A DNA stretch of 61,623 bases, the filler included, from Hausera hauseri (taxonomy: Eukaryota): the NCBI GenBank assembly GCA_046269625.1. It is 12 parts of 12 records of this genome, joined end to end, with 100 filler letters (N's around TTAATTAATTAA, not from the genome) between each part and the next. Parts side by side here need not be neighbours in the genome. Positions count along the whole stretch, not along the records: positions 47,459 to 53,343 come from JBJURY010174417.1; positions 53,444 to 57,433 come from JBJURY010835415.1; positions 57,534 to 61,623 come from JBJURY010768763.1; 9 more parts are not named here. The stretch is one strand, 5' to 3'. The position numbers and the translations under genes are program-made. Position 1 is the stretch's first letter, and the number at the start of each line of letters is the position of its first letter. Below are positions 49,378-59,469 of this stretch, one piece after another. The notes under the pieces are model-generated. The model was not told where the DNA came from. It saw only the letters and a list, made by a program, of their open reading frames with translations, and made no database searches.

Positions 49378-50247
49378 TTACATATGGTAGACATTAACGT
49401 TTTGTCCACACGTGTCGAATGTTCTTCTCCATCGATCATATTCAGAGATCGCTCCACCAAATTTTGGCGACTCCAGTCTTTGCAGCTTCGGCAAAATTAC
49501 TTTTTCTTTCATTTCGTCATTCGCGGTCTTTTTTGTTACGTTGACCACAGTTTTATTCTCTCTGAGACTCCGTTCATAAATAATCCTGTTAATCTTCTCA
49601 TTTTGTTCGTCTAATTTCTCCATCTCGTTCTCCAGTAATGTTACGCTCTTTTTCTTTTTCAGCTTTCTAGCTGCGGTGGTCAATAAGCACGATTCTTCCC
49701 GAACATTTGAGAAGATCTTTTCATAACTTTGATAAAATACACCATAGTCGTACTCACTCAAATTCACGTCCATCAGTCTCCTTCTAATTAATGCTAACTC
49801 GTTTATGGGTCCCCGACGTTCGGCGATACGTTCTTCAAGTTCGTCTACGGTTAGTTCACTTCCTTCTTTTAGTCGGAATATTACGTGTATTGCTGATCCA
49901 TGCTTTAGATTCCTCACCTCATCGTCTGTGCGCAATGGTTTTCCGACATATAGTATTCTGAATTCCCAGTTGATCCTTAGGTTCTCCTTTACGTGGTCGA
50001 TTAGAGCGCAGTAAGATTGTAATTTAATTAATCCTGTCACGTAGTGGCGTTCGCTACAATATATAATTATTTGTTTTCCCTTTTGTTCCACTGTAAAGAC
50101 CGAACTTTCCACCATAATACTATCGTCTGATTTTCTTATATTATTTTGCTCCATCGTGACACCCTTCCTAGGATTTCTCAACTTGTCTTTCCTTCTATTC
50201 TCCTCGGTTGACCGTTCCTCAATACCGTTTAGATTTTTAAGATTCAT
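49378..50247 (-). mobile_element. Ubiquitin-like domain plus Gag-like protein (family 1, copy b)
   Basis: KQIIIY...LIDHVKENLRI..EFRILYVGKPLRTDDEVRNLKHGSAIHVIFRLKEG (50076-49861). Then a helical region (ARKLKKK, QNE.I) and LPKLQRLESPKFGGAISEYDRWRRTFD, a Gag P.F.G....W motif as in BEL/Pao DUF1759-type Gag. Confidence 0.78.
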
Positions 50248-52149
50248 TCATTTTTGCACTTTACTCCTTGTTCCCCCAAACAAGTTTCTTATAAACATTT
50301 CATTATTCTTCACATTTGGTTTATTACGTCTTTTGGTCCTTTTGACGCAACCAGATGTATGATCTTCTTCCGTATTACTAATAGATAAGGCTTTTAATTT
50401 TCCCAAGGGCGTCACCATTGCCTCGCCTTCAAAGTTGCACGATTTCCATCCACCGACTTTTGTGGCAACTTTTACGGGCTTGGCACGGATTCTCGCTCCA
50501 TACATACCATAACGGAAGAAAAGTAGGCCAACATCGAGGAGAAAGACATACAGACCTCGAAAGACGATTGCTTCACGTGGTTTGTGTCTGCGGATCACGG
50601 TACAGAGCACAAACCACGCTCTGCTACCATATGGAAATTTTATACGAAATTGACACAGTAAATTCGTCATGTAGTTATATGCATCTCCTTTGAAGTGAAA
50701 GTCCAATTTATTTCCGACATAAACCCCCGGTACAACCTTCACCATTCCTTTCCTGGGCCCATATAATTTTTCTCTTGGAGTGTATACTTCCTCATCTCCA
50801 CTCAAAGGCTCTTGAATCATAGACTTCACCGATTTTGTAACTAACTTATATTGAATTTCCACCACCATCACTAAACCGACCCAATCATTATTAATTTCAT
50901 TACCATAAACATTCGCACACTTTACACATAAGAAATATATAATAGTACTATTGTGGTATATTCGAGAATTATTATTACACAATCGCATATTATTTATGCA
51001 CAATATGTTTATTATGATCTTTCTTTCGTCACTAGGTTCTTTATTCCTCATTTTGTTATTGACTCCAGATCCCATAATATCCGATTCATGAACTTTCCTC
51101 AACCTCCAAATTCCTTTAATCAATATATAGCCATATAAAAAACATTTATGTTAATGTAACAGACAAACCCAGCCATTGTTCTCGCGGTGCCGCTCCGCGG
51201 GGGAATATCTCCACCGTTAAGTATAAGTACTAATGCGAACACTCTGATTTTAACATTCATTCTAATGCTACAATTCCCGGCGACAATCATGGAGACGAAA
51301 AAACAATAACAATTAACAACTGTAATATTGACACAACACTTGACTACCTTAACAATCAGCATTCCCTGTTCCACATATTTCGTTGGACCTTTCATTATAA
51401 CATCAATTTCTTCATTAAGTAATTTCAATGATATATACTCATCTGTTAACGTATTTACAACGACTAAGCATCTCCTAATTGTCTTTCGATCGCTCTCCTT
51501 TATACCTGTATTCTTCAGGAGATATCTAAAGACATTTATCATTGTATTAAACTCCAACGTTTTAACGACATAACGAATAAAATGATACCGACACGATTTT
51601 TCTATGATTTCATCATCTACATCCATACATATAATTTCTTTGACTTGAAAATAATTCAGCATTTGCGATTTGAAATAAAGCGATTGGGACAATTTTATCT
51701 GACATTTCTTTTGAGCCTTTTTCCCGTTGCTTTTTTCCAATTCCTTTAAAGAGATTTTATGAGCGTGATCCTTGAATTCTATCCTATGAATAGACCAATA
51801 ATTTTCATGAATCCGTCTCCTGTACGGTATATAATTTGACTTCATTTAAATGTGCTGGTTTAGAATTTTCTGATCAGCAACGTTTAAAATTAAATTAAAT
51901 TCATTCATCAATTATAGTGATTCAATATCACTATGTATATTATCATTATATAATTATATTGAATATATATACCAATATCTTTTATATATATCTCACGTTG
52001 ATTAAATAAACTTTATTTTACTTGCTAAATTTAATTTTGAAATGAAAGTATCCATGAATGTTGAACTACTTTCAACAATTTTTATAATAGCAAAGGGGTT
52101 TTACGATTTGGCCTTATTCCTATGAAATTTGATAAGCTGAATTTGGTTT

Positions 52150-53197
52150 ATAAAGACAGACTTCTGAATATTCTTTCGTTATTTTGTATACAATTGTGGT
52201 TTGCTGTTTTACTGACATCTGTTATTGATCGTCAACTTTTCTTTCTTGATTTTGGATGGAGCCTCTAATATTCCTTTATCGGATTCGAGTTTAATTTCAA
52301 GAAGTAGTTTATTTGCCTGTTCTTGGCGTTTAACCATTTGCATATCACGGGCATCATCTCGCCATTCTGATACAGTATTTATCTTTAATGCTTTGTAATT
52401 TGATTTCTCTCTTCTTTCACTTTTTTAATTTTAGCTAATCACATTTGCTCATTTATTTTCTGTTCGATGGTTTCCAACGAAATTGGTTCTCGATAAAGGG
52501 TGACAAATTCGCTATGTTTATCCGACTGTGTCATGATTGGTCTTTTATGACAAAGACTTGACGAACGAGACTTATGGAGATACGAATTGTGAATGTCATG
52601 GTAAATCTTTGGTTTGTGAACCTTTTCGGACTGCTTTCGTTGTAAAACAGTATTATTTTCATTCAAATAAAAATCTTCTTGCGGTGTATCACCTGAAAAC
52701 AACCGATCCCTATCAGCAATAAATTACCACAACTAACCCATCGGCTTATCTACTCTATTTAATTCTTTTAAAATTGCTCGATAGCCTTGAGCAAGAACGT
52801 CGGGAGCAGGAGTAACAATTGGATTTGACCCCACATTTAGTCCTTACAGACTTTTAAGTAAGCTCAATTCGAATGGTAATTCCGATGTTATTTCCATCAA
52901 TAAGTAACACTTCCAAATTGACTAAATTCCGAATGTCTCGTGGAATAAACTGAGTCTCATTAAATCATATATCCAAAAATTGTAATTTTGGAAAGGCAAC
53001 GAAAATTTCATTTGGAATTACCTCAAATAATTATTATTAAGATAGCAATATTCAGTAAATGTTGCTTCGTAAATTTCTATGGCTAATTCTTTTAAGCCCA
53101 AATCACTAAAATTAAATGATTTGTCTTTCGAATATAACATATTCAATATCCTCTCTTCAGCTCGTATACTTACATTATTTTCTATATCGTTCGCCAT
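52150..53197 (-). pseudogene. Leucine-rich-repeat protein, decayed
   Basis: FNFSDLGLKEL, YLNNNYL, FPKLQFLDI*FN and IP.DI.NLVNLEVLLIDGNNI, with stops and frameshifts. Confidence 0.7.
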
Positions 53198-53443
53198 AAT
53201 AAACAGTTTTGTTACTCTATATAATTCTTCTACATTGTGATTTGTTTTAACAAATTTCTAATGCTCCTTTCATATCTCCTGGTAATCGTCATCGCTCCCC
53301 CGTCCCCGTGAACGCCGCCAGGAGTTGTTTGCAATCATATTTANNNNNNNNNNNNNNNNNNNNNNNNNNNNNNNNNNNNNNNNNNNNTTAATTAATTAAN
53401 NNNNNNNNNNNNNNNNNNNNNNNNNNNNNNNNNNNNNNNNNNN

Positions 53444-53565
53444 TATTTTATTTATTATAATGATTTTATGTAAGTAATCAATTGTTGGTTAGAAATATAT
53501 ACTTAGTTAGCGTTTATTTCCGCTTATTATGGAATTATTGTACAAACAACATTGGTGTCAGAAGT
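53444..53565 (+). promoter_or_regulatory. LTR 3' end (…CAACA, 53551) followed by a Ty3/Gypsy-type primer-binding site TGGTGTCAGAAGT (53553-53565)
   Basis: Canonical CA-n-TGG junction. TGGTGTCAGAAGT is complementary to a tRNA 3' end (Leu-type) and is a common Gypsy PBS. Confidence 0.65.
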
Positions 53566-53634
53566 CTAAAGATATTTTGCAATTTTCTAAAAGTTCCGAA
53601 ACCATTAATGAATCCAGTGTCATGTATATGCATT

Positions 53635-54480
53635 TAAATCAGGAATTAGAATGATATTATAATGGAAATTTTGCTGTTTTACATCGTTTTTCGTCTCAGG
53701 ATAAAAATTTAATTTTTAGTTGTTCTACTGGTTCTGACATTAAATGTGTGGCATTTACTTCCATGTCAAACAAACTCTGTTCAAATGCTTCTTTGGACAT
53801 TATATTTGATAATGAAGCATCGAATTTGTCTACGGGAATTGTTTTATTTACAGATAATATTGCGAAATATTATGGATTTAACGGTGAAACTCATGGTTGT
53901 AAACTTCCTTGTCGAGTAAGTAACGCTTGGAAAATGATGAATTGCTTGTTAATCGAACGAGAGGAATATCAGTTATTTACGGATATGTCGCCACATTCGT
54001 TGTTTTTAATGACCCACATAATGTCAGAATTTACATCTGTCGTTTTCCGCGATGAAAATGGTTACAGAGGATTTGTAAATAATACTCGTTTTCGAATAAT
54101 GCCTGTTTGTAAAAAACAGCAGTTGATAATCGGCTATAATAAATCGGACAACTCGTTTTCTTTGTGGCGCTTGAGAGATACAGTGAAAGAAGACTATTCG
54201 AATCATTATAATCAACATTGGGATGGGTCTATTACTACTAAAGCAGCGAAATTACAATTACGTTCTGTCAATATGGATTCAATGTCTCAGATTGACCGGC
54301 AATCTGGTGATTAGTTTACGAATATGACTTTGCTAGCTAATGTTAGCAAAACAAACCGTTCGATTGATGATTTAGATATGCGAAGTCCTCTTGTTCGATC
54401 ATTAAGGTCCACTTTGGGTGTTAACGATTCGGGAACGATGACTCATCGGCAATCGTTAGACATAGCGGCATCGAAACAGA
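53635..54480 (+). pseudogene. ANAPC1: Anaphase-promoting complex subunit 1 N-terminal fragment
   Basis: LPCRVSNAW....LLIER, LF.M.H...EFT.V and IIGYN......SLWRLR resemble the APC1 WD40 region (LPF.V..VW...GLL.ER; H.L.E..P; SVW.LR). Confidence 0.6.
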
Positions 54481-54529
54481 AATTCCATATTTATTAATTT
54501 AAAATTCTAAAATCTCTCGCTTTACATAT

Positions 54530-55130
54530 CCATGGGGCTGACGTAGCTAAAATTCAACTTTATAATACTTCGGTACCGTGTCATGGATATAAAATCGAGC
54601 TTATTCCCGGTGATCCCGTTAGAAAAGCCTTTGAAGGAACGTTAGGTGATGTAGTAAATTCTCAATTTCAACAGCAAATTAATGCCACTCTTCAACACGG
54701 AAAACCATATCAAAATGTGCCGTTAATTAACACAAATAATCATCCTTTATCTTGTCCCAATGGAAATTTTCATTCTGCAAACTGTTATAGACGTCTCTAC
54801 TTTCAATTATTAAAAATTCCAATTCATGAAGTCGAAGATAAGCAACAGTTTTGCTGCGCTTTTGTTGACATTCATGTTCAAGAACAAATGGAAATTATAG
54901 TAACTTTGCATAAAACTGGAAGTGCATCAGATTTATTAGCAGAGGCTAAACGTCAAGCAAGATTAACAAATATAAATTCTTATTTCTATCGACTCTTCGA
55001 GGTTGTTAATCACAGAATCATCAGTCTTATTCCACTGAAACGGAAAATATAAGAGTTGGAACCGAATGCCAATCGAATTCTGCAAATTGAAGCAATTCTC
55101 CCTGGCGAAGAAAAAATAAATCCCAAACAA
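54530..55130 (+). pseudogene. USP7: USP7 C-terminal UBL-region fragment (non-catalytic)
   Basis: PGDPVRKAFEGTLGD, RRLYFQLLKIPI.E.E.K..F.C, K.G...DLL.EAK, RLFEVVNHRII and RIL.IE.I. Confidence 0.75.
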
Positions 55131-56361
55131 ATTGTCTTACTGTCTGTAGACTCATCACTTAAAAGTACTATAAATGTTACACGTACCCAACGGACCAACA
55201 ACATCAATATTACCAGTAATTTACCCCCTCTTTCACAATCATCAATTCTACAGTCTGAATCAACAATAAAGCTTATATCTCCTGTATATACTTCTAATAC
55301 TCAGATCAATATTAACAAACTTCCACTCTTGCATCTCGATAATACTATTCATATCGAATCTATACGGAAGAATAAACCCTCTAAATTTCTTAATTTAAAA
55401 GATTCCATCAGTCAGATAGGTTCATCAGCAACCTTTGTGGAGAAACACGACGGGGTAAGACCGGTAGTATTGTATTATTCTCTCGTGAAATATTTTTTTA
55501 ATATATATTTCATTAACAATACCCTCCATCTATTTCCCTCATTTATTATCGTTCATGTCATTGCTGGCACAGCATTGTCTCCTGAAACTTATGCTCACCA
55601 TTATAGGGTTACTCCCTTCAAATATGATTTTATCTATGATTGCCGATTTACTTTCACGTTTGAGCATTCATTCCTATGGGGAATTGAGATTCACGTTTCA
55701 TCAGGCTCTGATAAGTATTTTAGTAATTTCGAAAGATAATTTAACGATAATCGGCTCATCGCAAACCTATTTTAATCAATATTCTGGAGGTTTGCCCACG
55801 ATAGGTTGTACGATTCATTTGGAATTTGTAAACGGCGTATTTAGTTTAAAAAGGCTACATAAATTACTATTGCCGGCAATCATGTCGGCTTTGTTATTTA
55901 CATACGAGACTTCATATGGGACCACCTACATTGTTATACCAATGTTCTTTATAACGTTGAATGGCAAGGTTATTAATTTCGGCCGCTACTACTATATTTA
56001 TATGGCGATGTTGATCATTCCCCACACGAATACCATCATTTATTACGCCAGAATAGAAGGAGTTATTGTTGACAAAATTTTATTTATTGCATTTACTGTT
56101 AGCTACTTCAATTTTATTGAGTTTGTCAACAAACCGTTTTGGCAGTATCACATTTTCTCTTTGTTTTTCATAATCCAGTTCGATTGCTGCAACCTGGAAA
56201 TTTTGAAATACATTTGGTACCTAGCGCAAGCGTTTGTCGGCGATACACGTTAACTACTATTTCGACATGACTCCTGACGCCCCGGGAATTCTAATACATT
56301 TCAACAAAACATTTCTTTTTTTCTTGCTCAGATCATAATTTCTGTTTATTTAATTCAACCG

Positions 56362-57433
56362 TTGTTTTACTTTATTATTTGCCCACATCATCGTTTTTCG
56401 AGACACATTGCACTCGAAAGAATACAGGAACTTGATGACGGTCCAATAGAAATTAATGAAGTGGTTCAGTCATTTCACACTCTTGAGTTACAAACAAACT
56501 ATAGCATGATCAGCCACTCAACTTTCTATTTTGAGTCAACAAATCCATGGTGTGTTCTATCACCACTCCAACCACTTGAGTTTGCACCAACTATTTATTT
56601 TTATTTCTTTTTAAATAATCAACATGTACTAACACATGGAATGACAAATTCGATAGATGCATCCTACCTACATAACTACACGCTACACGCAGTAAATATC
56701 TTTGATTTTTATCTAACGTACAAGAATACGGCAATAACTAACGCCAACTTTCACAGTCTTTTTGTGCATTCAAACCATTGTATTGTCATTCACATACATA
56801 TTCGCATGCGTGGGGCGATGGATTCTTCTTCCACCGTCGATACTAGTAATAAAAATACTCAAAAAATACCACATTTTCCTTTTCATCAAAAACCATTGAC
56901 CATAAACATACCATCTTCTTTTAGTAGTTATGCTCCTACAATCTCGCCAGTCAAAAACACTTCTCAGTGTACCGAGTACTTTATTGACCACGAACAGTCT
57001 AACAAAACGTGGCTTAGCTTCCACAAACTGGTTGCAATCTAACAATATCACTGATCCGTAACCAAGGCCCATAATCTGCTTTGCCTTTTACCAACAACTG
57101 TAAAATCGGCCATTTACGATTTGCTCGATATCTTCCAGAAACCTGATCCATACACGCATCTTTACAACGCTGTTTTGAAACTTACGGAACCATCTATGGA
57201 CTCAATAATTCACCATTTCTTCAACGACAATGCCATGAGGGAGCAGAAACCATCTGATTTTCTCAGAACGTCACTCGTGCAACTTCAAACACTTGGCGTG
57301 ACGAAACAACATAACGCCGATCTTTTGCGACATTACTTCCTGAATGCATTGCCCACACAAATTAGGGCCTTACTTACTGTCGTTGAAGAATCGACAACAT
57401 TAGATAAATTAGCCGAACTGGCGGACAAAACAT
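56362..57433 (+). mobile_element. Ty3/Gypsy gag with N-terminal ubiquitin-like domain (family 2, copy b), truncated at the contig end
   Basis: IYFYFFLNNQHVLTHGMTNSIDASYLHNYTLHAVNIFDFYLTYKN...IVIHIHIRMRGA|MDSS (56593-56817). Gag motifs KTWLSF/ITDP, PDPY..L..A, KPSDFLR and FLNALP.QIRALL..LDKLAELADK. Confidence 0.82.
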
Positions 57434-57533
57434 NNNNNNNNNNNNNNNNNNNNNNNNNNNNNNNNNNNNNNNNNNNNTTAATTAATTAANNNNNNNNNNN
57501 NNNNNNNNNNNNNNNNNNNNNNNNNNNNNNNNN

Positions 57534-59460
57534 GTAGTTAGGTAACAAGGGTTGGTGGCGTGTTTCTCCAGATGTTGCATCATCATGTACCCAGTCGTCT
57601 TTATTGTTACGATTATTAGTGACCACGACCACCCGATACATCCATGACTTTTTGTGTAGTTAATTAAGTAATCATTTAAATATTTATGTAGGTAGATGGA
57701 TAATATTAAGGGGTGATGGGATGGGGGATGACGTATTGTAGGTGGGTGAGATAACAGATAAGGTTTGGTAGTGGTGGCATGTTATGTGTAGCCATCATCA
57801 TCATGTGTCGTCTTTATTGTTAAGGATATTAGTAACGAAGGCCTTCCGACACTTCCTTGTCTAGGTGGGTTGTTTTTCGTATTGATGTCTTGGTATACGT
57901 GCAGATAAAGGAGGAAGTTAGCAGTCATCATCACATGCTCAGAGGTGGTTTTCTTATGTATATGTGTAGCAGGACTGTAGTGTTAGAATCAGTAGGTTAG
58001 AGTAGCGTGGGAGTCTAGAGGAGCATCATTGACGAGGAACATTATCATAGTGTTGGGGTGTCATCAGCTGCTTGCAGGTGCCGCTTAGGAGTTGCTATAC
58101 TCGATGATTGTTTGAGTAGTCTGCAGGAGTCTTGGGTTTTCCACAGTTCTTGGCGACAATACCTGACTAGAATATTTTTCCCACACACACTTCACGAAGT
58201 GGACGCCAGCTGTTGCATGCACGTTCACTGCTGAGTATGGCAAGTCAGTAATGCATCACGTTGTGAGAATCACACGGGTTATTGACTTTTTTGTTTGCCT
58301 GTTAATTCAGAGGCTGGGAGTCTGGAGGATCATCATCGTGGTGGAGGTGGTGGGATGATGCCACGCATAAAGATAGATTTTTTTTTTGTAAACTAAGGGA
58401 TCCGGTCATGTTGTTAGACTATTTTTTCTGATGATGTATCCTGTCGTATTTATTGTTAGGGATATTAGTGACCAGGACCTTCCAACACAACCATGAACCT
58501 GGGGTGCGTATTATGTAACTTTTTATAAGGGTAGGTCTGTAGCCGTCAGCAGAGTTATCTAGGATTCTGGGTGTAGGTATTAATCATCTATTAGTAACGA
58601 AGACCTTCTGACACCTTCGTGACGAGGAGACTGGTGGTTCTTCTTCTTCTGGTGTTGCATCACATATGTTTTGGTAGATGTGGCTATTCAGGGAATAGGT
58701 ATGTCACACAGGGGGAGGTAACAGTAATCAGTGGTCGTATGAAGAGACTTGAGGAGCATCAGCTACTGTGGTTGAGTCTAGGAGCTGAGTATGAACACTG
58801 CCTTGTCGGCAAAGGTTTTTTGGGAGAGCCGTCAGGTGTTCATCGTGGATAGGGTGGAAAAGACATTAACAAGTTTGGGAGAAGCTGCCAATTATCGGGA
58901 GATAGGGAGCCGTGGCTTCTTCTTCTTCAGGTGTGGATATTAGACACCATCATCATGTGTCATGGTAGAGATGATTGCATATCCATATATAGATACGGAA
59001 AGTATTTTGGTGGAAGATAGTAGTGATCATGATTATGTACCCTACCTAATAGTTTGGGTTGTCATCAGCTGTTAGAGGCATCATTTTAGTGCTGCTGGTC
59101 TGCTCGAGGATCTATAAGAAGACTGGAGGAGAATCATCGACTATGTTTGAGTGTGGGAGCTGAGCGTTAGCACTGACATGTGGGCAAATATTTTGGGCTA
59201 GTAGTCAGGTGCCTATCAGGGGTGAGGTCGAAAAGTCATAACATGTCCAGGAGGGGCTGCCAAATGCTGAGGGATAGGGATCGGTGGTTTCTCTTTCGGG
59301 TGCATTGATTGGACATCATCGTCACATGCCCTACCTAATAGTAGATGATGGGTGTTGTTTCCCAAATAAAAAGGTAAGATAGGTTCGAGTGTTTGTATAG
59401 ACTCGTGAAGTATGTTTCCTTATTCTTCTTCGGATGTTGGTATTAGCCAACAGCAGCATG
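57534..59460. repeat. Degenerate G/T-rich satellite-like region
   Basis: Recurring blocks gtcgt.tttattgtta.gatattagt.ac.a.g.cc near 57594, 57806, 58443 and 58588. Another block, gaagact.gaggag.atca...ggagctgag, recurs near 58741 and 59118. Confidence 0.55.
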
Positions 59461-59469
59461 TAACAAGGC

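Noticed and set aside
54530-55130. USP7 fragment as an element-encoded DUB for the Ubl-Gag
   Set aside because: Only the non-catalytic C-terminal UBL region is present, with an internal stop, and it is absent next to the other three copies.
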